In this document: in pieces, positions 18,973 to 29,623 of the stretch | How the letters are laid out: each line of letters starts with the position of its first letter | Position numbering within the stretch: the first letter of the stretch is position 1 | From: an uncultured Chloroflexia bacterium | GTDB taxonomy: Bacteria; Chloroflexota; Limnocylindria; Limnocylindrales; CSP1-4 | NCBI GenBank assembly: GCA_963714675.1 | Contig: CAVQPG010000003.1 | Span: 32,477-96,476, forward strand | Direction: 5' to 3' | DNA: 64,000 bases | Translations under genes and position numbers: made by a program | Notes under the pieces: model-generated | Seen by the model: the letters and a program-made list of their open reading frames with translations, nothing else | Database searches by the model: none | What the model was told of the DNA's origin: nothing

Positions 18973-19839
18973 GTGAAGCCGACCCGTCGCCTCACACCAT
19001 GGCTGTTCCTGGCACCGGGACTGGCCGTGTTCGGCGCTGCGGTGCTGCTGCCGATGGTGCTGACCGTCGGCTACAGCTTCACCGAGTGGGACGGCTTCGG
19101 GCCGATGACCTTCGTCGGTCTCGACAACTACACGCGGGCCATCGGCGACGACCTCTTCCGGGACTCGTTCGTACACGTCGTCATCTACATCGCGGCCACC
19201 ATCGTGCTGGAGGTCGGAGTCGGCCTGGCGCTGGCCGGACTGATCACCATGCGGCGCGCCGGCATGTGGTTCCGGGTGGCCATCTTCGTGCCGGTGATGC
19301 TGCCGCTGGTGGTGGTGGCCGTGCTCTGGTCATTCGTCTACAACCCGGATTTCGGACTCATCAACGGAGCGCTCGAGGCGCTCGGGCTGGAGGATCTGCA
19401 ACGCATCTGGCTGGGTGATCCTGCCACCGCGCTGCTGGCCATCAGTGTCGTCTCGGGCTGGGTGTACGCCGGCTTCTACATGGTCATCTTCTATGCCGCC
19501 TTCCGCCAGATCCCGGCCGAGATCGAGGAGGCCGCCAAGCTCGACGGTGCCGGCGAGTGGGCTCTGTTCCGGCATATCAAGGTGCCCATGATCCGTGGCG
19601 CGGTGGGCGTCGCCATCCTGCTCTGTGTGACCGGCGGGTTCCAGGGCTTCGACCTGTTCTTCGTGCTCACCAACGGCGGGCCGTACGGTGCCACGGAGAT
19701 CCCCACGACCCTGCTGGTCAAGACCGTCTTCCGAGCGTCCGACGTCGGCTACGGCTCGGCGATGGCGGTGCTGCTCACGGTCATCGTGGTAGGTGTCGGC
19801 CTGCTGTACGGGCAGGCTCGACGCCGGAGCGAGCGATGA
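18973..19839 (+). CDS. Carbohydrate ABC transporter permease (MalF-like)
   Basis: FVGLDNY, NPDFGLIN, EAAKLDGA and TNGGP. Confidence 0.93.
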   Translation: MKPTRRLTPWLFLAPGLAVFGAAVLLPMVLTVGYSFTEWDGFGPMTFVGLDNYTRAIGDDLFRDSFVHVVIYIAATIVLEVGVGLALAGLITMRRAGMWFRVAIFVPVMLPLVVVAVLWSFVYNPDFGLINGALEALGLEDLQRIWLGDPATALLAISVVSGWVYAGFYMVIFYAAFRQIPAEIEEAAKLDGAGEWALFRHIKVPMIRGAVGVAILLCVTGGFQGFDLFFVLTNGGPYGATEIPTTLLVKTVFRASDVGYGSAMAVLLTVIVVGVGLLYGQARRRSER

Positions 19840-20687
19840 GCAGCCGACCCGTCGGGCGGCAGCCGCTCGGCCCGCGCGTCGCCGATTGGCTGGTCAGGGC
19901 CGCGATGTCGGTGCTCGCGATCGCGTTCTTCTTCCCCCTGGTGTGGATGGTGCTGTCGAGCTTCAAGAGCAACGGCGCCATCTTCCAGTCGCCCTTCGCG
20001 CTGCCGGAGTCGATCGACCTCTCGCGCTGGGCCAACGCCTGGGAGGTCGGCCACCTGGGCAAGTACGCGGTCAACAGCGCCATCGTGACAGGCACCTCGG
20101 TCTTCCTCATCCTGCTCATCGCCTCGCTGGCCGCGTTCGCCTTCAGTCGCTACCGCTTCCGGGGTCGGAGCCTGGCCCTGGGGATCTTCGCGCTGGGCCT
20201 GCTGCTACCGCTGCAGTCGTACTTCATCGCCCAGTCGAACCTCTTCACCCAGCTGGAGATCACCGACACGCGCTGGGCCCTCATCATCCCCTACACCGCC
20301 ATGGGCCTGCCGCTCGCCACGTTCCTGCTGAAGGTCTTCATGGATGGCTTGCCCGACGAGCTCTTCGACGCCGCGCGCATCGACGGCGCCAGCGATCTGC
20401 GCACGTATAGCCGCGTGGCACTGCCGCTGCTGCGCCCCGGGCTCGCGACCGTCGCCATCTTCTCGGCGCTGGCGGCCTGGAACGAGTTCCTGCTGGCGCT
20501 GCTCTACATCCAGGACGACGACCTCAAGACCATCCCGACGGGCCTGCTAGCCTTTTCGAGTCGATACCAGACCGACTACTCGATGCTCTTCTCGGCGCTG
20601 GCCATCGTGACCATCCCCATGGTCGTCATCTACATCGTCTTCAACCGTCATATCGTCGACGGCATCACGGCCGGAAGCGTCAAGTAG
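19836..20687 (+). CDS. Carbohydrate ABC transporter permease (MalG-like)
   Basis: PLVWMVLSSFK, DAARIDGA and WNEFLLAL. ATGA overlap at 19836. Confidence 0.93.
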   Translation: MSSRPVGRQPLGPRVADWLVRAAMSVLAIAFFFPLVWMVLSSFKSNGAIFQSPFALPESIDLSRWANAWEVGHLGKYAVNSAIVTGTSVFLILLIASLAAFAFSRYRFRGRSLALGIFALGLLLPLQSYFIAQSNLFTQLEITDTRWALIIPYTAMGLPLATFLLKVFMDGLPDELFDAARIDGASDLRTYSRVALPLLRPGLATVAIFSALAAWNEFLLALLYIQDDDLKTIPTGLLAFSSRYQTDYSMLFSALAIVTIPMVVIYIVFNRHIVDGITAGSVK

Positions 20688-20708
20688 GCCTGGGCAAAGG
20701 GGGGGACC

Positions 20709-21941
20709 ATGACTCGCACACCCATCGAGGGCCTGCCGCCGATGTTTCCTGGTGGACTTCGCATCGGCGCCGAGGAAGAGGCCGCGGTACTGGAAGTCCT
20801 GCACTCGAAACGGCTCTTTCGGTACTACGGCGCGGTCGACGGGCCATCCGCGGTGGAGGCCTTCGAGACGGACTTCGCCGAACGACTGGCGGCGACCCAC
20901 GCGGTCGCGGTCGCATCCGGCACCACCGCGCTGACTGCCGCCCTCGCGGCCGCCGGCATCGGACCCGGGGACCAGGTCATCGTGCCCGCCTATACCTGGG
21001 TATCGACACCGGCCGCGGTGGTAGCGGTCGGTGCCGTTCCGGTCATCGCCGAGATCGATGACTCGCTGACCATCGACGTGACCGACGCAGAGACCCTCAT
21101 CAACGAGCGGACTCGAGCGATCATCCCCGTCCACATGCGTGGCGCTGCCGCGGACATGGCCTCGGTGATGGACCTGGCACGACGCCATGGGCTCCTTGTC
21201 ATCGAGGACACGGCCCAGGCCATGGGTGGCCAGTTCGGTGGCCGATCGCTGGGGACCATCGGTGATCTCGGCTGCTTCAGCCTGCAGTACAACAAGATCA
21301 TCACCTGCGGCGAAGGTGGGGTCGTCACCACCCACGACCCGGATCTCCATACCCGGGTGCAGATGTATCACGATGTCGCCGCCGGCCTGCGGCGGGAGAG
21401 CGCCGGGTCACCTGCCTTCTACGGCATCACCTGCCGCATGTCCGAGCTGCAGGGAGCGGTCGCTGGCGCCCAGCTTCGGAAGCTCGACGGGATCATCGCA
21501 GACTGCCGAGCCAGCCGCGCCACGATCCTTGATCTCGTCGCTGACGAGGTAGAGCGGCTTGGCATCCGTCTGCGAGCCGACCATGACCCCGACGGTGACA
21601 CCGCCATCGCCATGATCCTGCTCTGTCCCGAGTCGCAGACAGCCGGCGCCCTCGCGCGCAGCCTGCAGGAGTGCGGCATCGAGGCCGATGTCATCTACGA
21701 CCCGGAGGTCGTCGACCTGCACATGGCACCGTTCTGGCATCCGATCCTGGAGGCTCGCACCTGGTCGACTCGCAGTCCCTGGTCCGAGCAGGCCGGCGCA
21801 TTCGCCTATGGGCCTGAACGCTGGTCCGGCACGATCGATCGCCTCGGTCGTGCCGTCCACATCGACATCAGCCCGGACCTCACGTCCGAGCAGGTCGAGT
21901 CGGTCGCAGGTGCGCTACGCGAGGCACTCGCACAGATGTGA
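20709..21941 (+). CDS. DegT/DnrJ/EryC1/StrS PLP-dependent sugar aminotransferase
   Basis: SGTTAL, GDQVIVP, PVHMRG, IEDTAQA and SLQYNKIITCGEGG (PLP Lys). Confidence 0.9.
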   Translation: MTRTPIEGLPPMFPGGLRIGAEEEAAVLEVLHSKRLFRYYGAVDGPSAVEAFETDFAERLAATHAVAVASGTTALTAALAAAGIGPGDQVIVPAYTWVSTPAAVVAVGAVPVIAEIDDSLTIDVTDAETLINERTRAIIPVHMRGAAADMASVMDLARRHGLLVIEDTAQAMGGQFGGRSLGTIGDLGCFSLQYNKIITCGEGGVVTTHDPDLHTRVQMYHDVAAGLRRESAGSPAFYGITCRMSELQGAVAGAQLRKLDGIIADCRASRATILDLVADEVERLGIRLRADHDPDGDTAIAMILLCPESQTAGALARSLQECGIEADVIYDPEVVDLHMAPFWHPILEARTWSTRSPWSEQAGAFAYGPERWSGTIDRLGRAVHIDISPDLTSEQVESVAGALREALAQM

Positions 21942-22012
21942 CGGCGCGCGGCGGCCGGGATGCATGGCGTTCCGGGCTACTGTTGTCGCGCGCAGCCAAC
22001 AGGAGGACAGAC

Positions 22013-22954
22013 GTGCCCGAGCCCACCATGCGCGCCAAGGTCGGCGTGCTCATCTGGAATCAGTACACCGATTGGCCGGCCATGCGCGATGTCGGCGTGC
22101 GCGCCGACACCCTTGGCTACGACTCACTGTGGACATGGGACCATCTCTACCCGATCCTGGGCGACCCTCGCGGGCCTTTCCTCGAGGGCTACATGGTCAT
22201 GGCCGCCTGGAGCCAGCACACCGTGCGCGCCACGATCGGGTTGATGGTCGGGGCCAACACCTTCCGCAACCCCGGGCTGGTGGTCAAGATGATCACCGCC
22301 CTCGACCACCTCAGCGAAGGTCGGGCGGTGCTCGGTATCGGCGGCGCCTGGTTCGAGACCGAGCACACCGCCTTTGGTATCGAGTTCGGGCGTGGCTTCG
22401 GCGAACGCCTCGACTGGCTCGACGAGTCGGCCCAGCTGATGCGCGACATGCTGCGCGACGGCGTGGCCACGGCCCGTGGCGAGCGCTATCACGCAGTCGA
22501 GGTGCGCAACGATCCGGCTCCGTTGCAGCCGCGCCTGCCCATCCTCATCGGTGGTGGCGGCGAGCAGAAGACGCTGCAGACGGTGGCGCGCTACGCAGAC
22601 GCCTGGAACATCGCCCAGGTCACGCCCGAGCAGGCAGCGCACAAGGACGCCGTGCTGCGCCGTTGGTGCGACGAGGTCGGTCGTGACAGCGACGAGATCG
22701 AACGCACGCTGAGCCTGGGTCCGACGGTCATCCGCGACCATCCGGCGGAGGCGCAGGCGGAGGTCACGAAGATCAAGGAGGCGAACCCCGCCATCGAGCG
22801 GGAGGTGCTCACCGGTTCAGCGGCTGAGATCGCCGACCTGTGTCGGCGCTACGCCAAGGTGGGCTTCCGGCACTTCATCTACCACTCCCCATCTCCGCAC
22901 GATGAGGAGACGCTCGAGCGCTTCGTCACCGAGGTACGCCCGAGCATCGACTGA
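22013..22954 (+). CDS. LLM-class (probably F420-dependent) oxidoreductase
   Basis: GYDSLWTWDHL, FRNP, LDHLSEGR, GIGGAW and IGGGGEQKTL. AGGAGG RBS before GTG 22013. Confidence 0.88.
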   Translation: MPEPTMRAKVGVLIWNQYTDWPAMRDVGVRADTLGYDSLWTWDHLYPILGDPRGPFLEGYMVMAAWSQHTVRATIGLMVGANTFRNPGLVVKMITALDHLSEGRAVLGIGGAWFETEHTAFGIEFGRGFGERLDWLDESAQLMRDMLRDGVATARGERYHAVEVRNDPAPLQPRLPILIGGGGEQKTLQTVARYADAWNIAQVTPEQAAHKDAVLRRWCDEVGRDSDEIERTLSLGPTVIRDHPAEAQAEVTKIKEANPAIEREVLTGSAAEIADLCRRYAKVGFRHFIYHSPSPHDEETLERFVTEVRPSID

Positions 22955-22959
22955 GGCGG

Positions 22960-23906
22960 CTATGGAGTGGTCTCGTCCACCGGCTGCTCCTCCATCATCC
23001 CCGACTCGACGATGAGCCAGCTGAAGGGCGTGGCACGCTTGCGCGTCTCTGACATGCGGATGGTGAAGGTGTCGTTCTCGATGTCCCTGGTCACCCAGTA
23101 GTCGGCACCCCGCAGGTTCGCGAAGGGCGTGACCACCACGACCGAGCCGAACTGCAGATCGGTGCCCGCCTCGACGACCACGGAGCGGCTGTTGCGCGGC
23201 AGGCGGACGTAGCCGCTGGCGCTCTCGATCGGCGGCCCCTGCTGGCCCTGCGCTCCGACCTCTCCCTGTGGGCCCTGTGGGCCTGGCTCGCCCTGGGGTC
23301 CCGGCTCGCCCTGGGGTCCCGGCTCGCCCTGGGGTCCCGTTTCACCTCGCGGACCGGGGTCGCCCTGCGTTCCCTGTGGGCCTGGTTCACCCTGGGACCC
23401 TGTTCACCCTGGGGTCCCTGCGGACCGAGATCGCCGGGAGCACCTGGTTCACCCTGTGGCCCTGCAGGCCCAGCTTCGCCGGCCGGGCCGGGCTCGCCAG
23501 CGGGGCCTGGGTCGCCAGGATCGCCTTGCGGGCCGGGGTCACCGGCGGGGCCGGGATCACCGGCGGGGCCGGGGTCGCCCGCGGGGCCGGGATCGCCCGC
23601 GGGGCCGGGATCGCCCGCGGGGCCGGGATCGCCCGTGGCGCCCTTGGGCCCTGCATCACCCTGGGGTCCGGCCGGACCCGCTGGGCCGACGGCGTTCCAG
23701 CTGACCAGGGTGTCGGGGTCGGCGCAGTGGCCATCCGGCGCTTCGCCGATCGCGACGTCCACGAGTAGTGCTTCGGGCGTCAGGCACCCGTAGTAGGCCT
23801 GGTCGTCCTGAGCGACGACACCAGATGGGATCATCCCTGCCGCGAGCATCGCGGCCATGGCCAGGGCCGCCGTTCGCCGCCTCGAACCGATCATCCTGAG
23901 CACCAT
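22960..23906 (-). CDS. Secreted collagen-like (Gly-X-Y) protein; 1-nt frameshift near 23395
   Basis: Signal peptide, two-Cys N-domain and [12 protein letters not shown] repeats. Adding one C in GGTCCC(C)AG continues the Gly-X-Y run into the C-terminal beta domain (ORF 22960..23181). Confidence 0.82.
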
Positions 23907-23996
23907 CGTTGCCTCCTCCGCAGACGGTCTGAGGTGGCCATGCTACAGCCGGGTGGACAGCCGCGGGACCCGGTTCAGCGCTGGTATGCTCGGCCG

Positions 23997-24473
23997 ATGG
24001 CTACCGCCACCGCGAGCGCCTCCAGCGGCGCCGAGCTGCGCGCCCTCATCGCCCCTCTCGTGAACGAGATCGGGGGCCCGATCACCGCGCTCCGCGCCAT
24101 CCAGGACCATGACGGCTGGATCGATCGCGAGGCGGTCGACGTGGTAGCCGATGTCTTCAACCTGAGCCGGGCGGAAGTCCGCGGCCTGGTCGCCTTCTAC
24201 GCAGACTTCCGGACCCAGCCTCCGGCCGACCACGTCGTGCGCATCTGCCAGGCGGAAGCCTGCCAGGCGGCCGGCTCCCGGACGCTGACCGCGAGCCTGG
24301 CCGAGCGCCTGGGCACGACCCTGGGCCAGGCCACCATCGATCGGAGCGTGGAGCTCGACGCCGTCTACTGCCTGGGTCTGTGCGCCCGGGCCCCGGCCAT
24401 GATGGTCGATGGTGAGCTCATCGCCGATGCCGATCGCGCCGTCGAGCGCGTGATCGAGCAGGTGCGCGGGTGA
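23997..24473 (+). CDS. fdsG: NAD-dependent formate dehydrogenase gamma subunit (NuoE-like, 2Fe-2S)
   Basis: FNLSRAEV..FYADF, CQAEAC and VYCLGLC. TGnTATGCT extended -10 lies 6 nt upstream. Confidence 0.9.
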   Translation: MATATASASSGAELRALIAPLVNEIGGPITALRAIQDHDGWIDREAVDVVADVFNLSRAEVRGLVAFYADFRTQPPADHVVRICQAEACQAAGSRTLTASLAERLGTTLGQATIDRSVELDAVYCLGLCARAPAMMVDGELIADADRAVERVIEQVRG

Positions 24474-25930
24474 CCGATCGGACCTTCGTCCCGCTCGACT
24501 CGGTGGCCGTGGCTCTGGGGGCCGCCGATGTGGCCGGCGCGCTGCGCGCCGCCGGTGCCTCCGTCGCCCGCAATGGCTCGCGTGGCCTGCTCTGGGCGGA
24601 GCCCATGGTGGAGCTCGAGCGCGATGGGCGCCGCACCGCCTTCGGGCCTGTGGACCCCGGCACTGCCGACCAGCTCGCGAGCGCGGAGCTGGGGCCGGTC
24701 GAGGAGTTGCTCGCCGGCCAGACCCGCGTCATCTTCGGCAACTGCGGTGCATACGAGCCGACCGACCTCGACGCCTACCTGGTCGCCGGTGGCTTCAGCA
24801 CCCGCGACGCCGAGCCACAGGCGATCCTCGACGAGGTCATCACCTCTGGGCTGCGCGGTTACGGCGGCGCCGGATTCCCGGCCGGACGCAAGTGGCAGAC
24901 CGCGGCGGACACCGAAGCCGACCAGAAGTACATCGTGGCCAACGCCGATGAAGGCGACTCGGGCACCTTCGCGGACCGGGTGATCATGGAGGGCGATCCC
25001 TTCCTGCTCATCGAGGGCATGCAGCTCGCCGGACGTGCCTTCGGGGCCACGCGCGGCGTCATCTACCTGCGCTCCGAGTACCCGGTCGCCGCCCGGGTCC
25101 TCCGTGACGCCATCGCCGTCGCCCGCGCACGCGGGATCCTCGGGCCGGACTTCGACGTGGAGCTGTTCGTCGGAGCGGGCGCTTACATCTGCGGTGAGGC
25201 CACCTCGCTGCTCGAGTCGCTCGAGGGCAAGCGCGGTGAGGTACGGGCCAAGCCACCGCCCATGGCGGTCCGCGGCCTCTATGGCAAGCCCACCGTCGTC
25301 AACAACGTGCTGACGCTGTGCGCGGTGCCCTGGATCGTGCGCAACGGCGGTGCCGCCTACGCTCAGCTCGGCGTGGCGCCCTCGACCGGCACCATGCCCT
25401 TCCAGCTCGCAGGCAACGTGGCGCGAGGTGGGCTCTACGAGCTGGAGTTCGGGGTGACCCTCGGCGAGCTCGTCGAGGGTTGGGGCGGCGGCACGCGCAG
25501 CGGGCGTCCGGTGCGCGCGGTGCAGGTCGGCGGCCCGCTCGGCGCATACCTGACACCGAAGCACTTCGACACGCCCATGACCTACGAGGCCCTGCGCGAG
25601 GTCGGTGCCGAGATCGGACACGGTGGCGTGGTCGTCTTCGATGACACCGTCGACATGGCTGAGCAGGCCCGTTACGCCTTCGAGTTCTGCGCCGAAGAGT
25701 CGTGCGGCAAGTGCACGCCCTGCCGCATCGGCTCCGTGCGCGGCGTGGAGCTGATGGAGCAGATCCAGGCCGGTGCCGGCCCTGATCGCTTCGTCCTGCT
25801 TGACGACTTGTGCACCGTGCTTGAAGGTTCCAGCCTGTGCGCGATGGGCAGCATGACGCCCAAGCCCGTGCGCAGCGCGCTTGAGCACTTCCCCGAGGAC
25901 TTCGGGCAACTGGGGGCGGAGGACCGCTGA
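24470..25930 (+). CDS. fdsB: NAD-dependent formate dehydrogenase beta subunit (NuoF-like, FMN)
   Basis: RNGSRGLLWAEP, SGLRGYGGAGFP, NADEGDSGTFADR, GAGAYICGE and ESCGKCTPCRIG. Confidence 0.92.
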   Translation: MTDRTFVPLDSVAVALGAADVAGALRAAGASVARNGSRGLLWAEPMVELERDGRRTAFGPVDPGTADQLASAELGPVEELLAGQTRVIFGNCGAYEPTDLDAYLVAGGFSTRDAEPQAILDEVITSGLRGYGGAGFPAGRKWQTAADTEADQKYIVANADEGDSGTFADRVIMEGDPFLLIEGMQLAGRAFGATRGVIYLRSEYPVAARVLRDAIAVARARGILGPDFDVELFVGAGAYICGEATSLLESLEGKRGEVRAKPPPMAVRGLYGKPTVVNNVLTLCAVPWIVRNGGAAYAQLGVAPSTGTMPFQLAGNVARGGLYELEFGVTLGELVEGWGGGTRSGRPVRAVQVGGPLGAYLTPKHFDTPMTYEALREVGAEIGHGGVVVFDDTVDMAEQARYAFEFCAEESCGKCTPCRIGSVRGVELMEQIQAGAGPDRFVLLDDLCTVLEGSSLCAMGSMTPKPVRSALEHFPEDFGQLGAEDR

Positions 25931-25931
25931 C

Positions 25932-28767
25932 ATGCGACTGATCGAGCTCGACCACGGAACGCCAGCGCCCGCGACGAACGGCGCCGCTCCGGTGCGCCTG
26001 GAGATCGATGGCGTAGCCGTGGAGGCCGCCGCGGGCACGTCGATCATGCGTGCCGCATCGGAAGCCGGGGTCAGCATCCCACGGCTGTGCGCCACCGATA
26101 GCGTCAAGGCCTTCGGCTCGTGCCGCCTGTGCATGGTCGAGGTCGAGGGGCGGCCCGGCTTCAAGGCCTCCTGCACCGAGCCCGTTCGGGAGGGCATGCA
26201 GGTGCGCACCCAGACCCCGGCGCTGGCCAGGATACGCAAGGGCGTGATGGAGCTGTACATCTCCGACCATCCGCTCGACTGCCTGACCTGCTCGGCGAAT
26301 GGCGACTGCGAACTGCAGGACCAGGCCGGTGCGGTCGGCCTGCGCGACGTGCGCTACGAGGCGGTCAGCACCCATCTCGACCTGCCCACGGACCACTCCA
26401 ACCCCTACTTCGACTTCGACCCATCCAAGTGCATCCTCTGCTCCCGTTGCGTGCGCGCCTGCAACGAGGTCCAGGGCACGTTCGCGCTGACGGTCCTCGA
26501 CCGCGGCTTCGACTCACAGATCGCCACCGGCGCAGCCGACTTCATGTCCTCGGACTGCGTCTCCTGCGGCGCCTGTGTGGCAGCCTGCCCCACGGCCACG
26601 CTGCAGGAGAAGTCGGTCGTGGAGCACGGCGTGCCCGATCGCACGGTGCTGACCACCTGCGCCTACTGCGGCGTCGGCTGCTCGCTCAAGGCGGAGCTCA
26701 AGGGTGACCAGGTCATCCGCATGGTGCCCTTCAAGGACGGCAAGGCCAACCACGGCCACGCCTGTGTGAAGGGCCGCTTCGCGTGGGGCTACGCCAACCA
26801 CAAGGACCGCGTGACCAGCCCGCTGATCCGCGATGCCATCGACCAGCCCTGGCGGGAGGTCTCCTGGGAGGAGGCCATCTCGTTCGCGGCCGCGCGCCTC
26901 AAGGCCATCCAGGCCGAGCACGGCAGGTTCGCGGTCGGCGGCATCACCTCCTCGCGCTGCACCAATGAAGAGGTGTGGCTGGTGATGAAGCTGGTGCGGG
27001 CAGCCTTCGGCAACAACAACGTCGACACCTGCGCACGCGTGTGTCACTCCCCCACCGGCTATGGCCTGAAGCAGACCTACGGCACGTCGGCCGGCACGCA
27101 GCACTTCGATTCGGTGGCCGGGGCGGACGTGATCATGGTCATCGGTGCCAACCCCACCGAGGCCCATCCGGTCTTCGCCTCGCAGATGAAGCGGCGGCTG
27201 CGCGAGGGCGCCAAGCTCATCGTGGTCGACCCGCGACAGACAGAGCTGGTGCGTTCGCCGCACACCGAGGCCGATGTGCACCTGCCGCTGCGTCCGGGCA
27301 CCAACGTCCCGCTCATGAACGCCATCGCCCACGTCATCGTGACCGAGGGCCTGCTCGATGACGACTTCATCGAGGCGCGCTGTGACATCGTCTCGTTCCG
27401 TGAGTGGACCGAGTTCGCGGCACGCTCCCGAGCACGCACCGGAGGCGGTGGCTGACGAGATCGGCGTGCCTGCCGAGGACATCCGGACCGCTGCCCGGCT
27501 GTACGCCACCGGCGGCAACGCAGCCATCTACTACGGGCTCGGCGTGACCGAGCACAGCCAGGGCTCGACGATGGTCATGGCCATGGCCAACGTGGCCATG
27601 GCCACCGGCAACATCGGCCGCTTCGGCGTCGGCGTGAACCCGCTGCGCGGCCAGAACAACGTGCAGGGCTCCTGTGACATGGGCTCGTTCCCGCACGAGC
27701 TGCCGGGCTACCGACCGGTCGGCGATGACGCGGTGCGCGCCACCTTCGATGCGCACTGGGGCGTGCAGCTGCACGACAAGCCAGGCTTCCGCATCCCCAA
27801 CATGCTGGACAAGGCGGTCGCGGGCGAGTTCAAGGGCATCTACATCCAGGGTGAGGACATCGCTCAGTCGGACCCCAACACCCAACACGTGGAAGCGGCA
27901 CTCCTGAACATGGAGTGCGTCATCGTCCAGGACCTCTTCCTCAACGAGACGGCCAAGTTCGCCCACGTGTTCCTGCCGGGCACGAGCTTCCTGGAGAAGG
28001 ACGGCACGTTCATCAACGCCGAGCGGCGCATCAACCGCGTGCGCCCGGTGAGCAAGCCGCTCACGGGCATGGCCGAGTGGGAGGTCACCCAGGCCCTGGC
28101 CAACGCGCTCGGCTACCCCATGAAGTACGAGGCCGCGTCAGAGATCATGGATGAGATCGCCGAGCTGACCCCGACCTTCTCGGGCGTCTCCTTCGACTTC
28201 CTCGACGAGCACGGCAGCGTCCAGTGGCCCTGCAACGAGAGTGCACCCGAGGGCACGCCGATCATGCACGTGGACGAGTTCGTGCGTGGCAAGGGCATGT
28301 TCATCCTGACCGACTACCAGCCCACCGAGGAACGCGCCAACCGCAAGTTCCCGCTGTTGCTCACGACCGGCCGCATCCTCAGCCAGTACAACGTCGGCGC
28401 CCAGACGCGGCGCACCGACAACATCCAGTGGCTGGAGCAGGACGTGCTCGAGATCCACCCGGCCGACGCCGAGCTGCGTGGTGTCCACGACGGTGACCTC
28501 GTCGCGGTCCAGAGCCGCATCGGTGAGATCACGCTACCTGCGCAGATCACCGAGCGCGTCGCACCGGGCGTGGTCTACACCACCTTCCACCACCCCGATA
28601 CGGGCACCAACGTCATCACCACCGAGCTCTCGGACTGGGCCACGAACTGCCCCGAGTACAAGGTGACCGCGGTCGAGGTCCGGCCGGCCAACCATCGTTC
28701 GACCTGGCAGGAGGGGTTCGTCGCGCGAGCGGCGGAACAGGCAGCGCTGGCACCCGCTGACCGCTAG
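25932..28767 (+). CDS. fdsA: Formate dehydrogenase alpha subunit (Mo-bis-MGD); 1-nt frameshift near 27426
   Basis: GSCRLC, HPLDCLTC, CILCSRC, TTCAYCGVGC and DTCARVCH (Cys ligand) in ORF 25881..27455. RGQNNVQG and PEYK follow in ORF 27358..28767. Confidence 0.92.
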
Positions 28768-28768
28768 C

Positions 28769-29620
28769 GTGCAGCTCGCCCGGCCTGACGCAGAGTCATC
28801 GGCGGGGTCGCCCGCGTCGCAGGTCGATGTCGTGACCGAGGGTGTCTCGGCTCGTGCCAGCGACGCGGTCTCGATCGAAGAACCGCTGCAGATCCGGCTG
28901 CGCCACGGCCCAGCCGACGCGCGGCACGAGACGGACGTGGCCGTGACCATGCGCACGCCCGGTGACGACGCGGCGCTGGCGCTCGGGTTCCTCCACACCG
29001 AGGGCATCATCGACTCGATGGCTGCGGTGACTTCGCTCGAGGAGGCCGATAACGTGGTCACGGTCTCGCTGGCGCCGTCAGCCGGGTTCGACTCGGAGGC
29101 TCTGCGGCGCAATACCTACGCGACGTCGAGTTGTGGCATCTGCGGCAAGGCCTCGATCGAGGCCGTTCGCGTGGCCATCCCCGACCGAGCCGGGGCCGAT
29201 CGCTTCGTCATCGAGGCGGGAACGCTGGAGACGTTGCCGGCCTCGCTGCGCGCTCGCCAGGCGGGGTTCGAGCAAACGGGCGGGATCCATGCCACGGCCA
29301 CGTTCGGGGTCGACGGAGCGATCGACCGGGTGGCCGAGGACGTCGGCCGCCACAACGCGCTCGACAAGCTCATCGGTGGCTACCTGGCCGACGACGCCCT
29401 GCCGCTCACCGGCTTCGGTTTGCTCTTCAGCGGCCGCGCCAGCTTCGAGCTGGTGCAGAAGGCGGCCGTCGCAGGCTGCCCGTTCGTGGCCGCCATCGGT
29501 CCCCCCTCGAGCCTGGCGGTCGAACTGGCCGCCGAGCAGCGCATGACGCTCGTGGGCTTCCTGCGCAGTGGGCGCTTCAACATCTATACCCTCCCCCATC
29601 GCGTGCACATCGGAGCCTGA
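28769..29620 (+). CDS. fdhD: Formate dehydrogenase accessory sulfurtransferase FdhD/FdsC
   Basis: EEPL, TMRTPG, SSCGICG, EDVGRHNALDK and SGRASFELVQKA. Confidence 0.94.
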   Translation: MQLARPDAESSAGSPASQVDVVTEGVSARASDAVSIEEPLQIRLRHGPADARHETDVAVTMRTPGDDAALALGFLHTEGIIDSMAAVTSLEEADNVVTVSLAPSAGFDSEALRRNTYATSSCGICGKASIEAVRVAIPDRAGADRFVIEAGTLETLPASLRARQAGFEQTGGIHATATFGVDGAIDRVAEDVGRHNALDKLIGGYLADDALPLTGFGLLFSGRASFELVQKAAVAGCPFVAAIGPPSSLAVELAAEQRMTLVGFLRSGRFNIYTLPHRVHIGA

Positions 29621-29623
29621 GCG

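Noticed and set aside
23907-23996. Molybdenum-cofactor riboswitch upstream of the fds operon
   Set aside because: The gap is only 90 bp, shared with a divergent gene, and fdsG appears leaderless.
27358-27455. fdsA as two genuine genes or a programmed frameshift
   Set aside because: There is no RBS or slippery heptamer. A one-base correction restores a continuous FdsA, and similar indels occur throughout the window.
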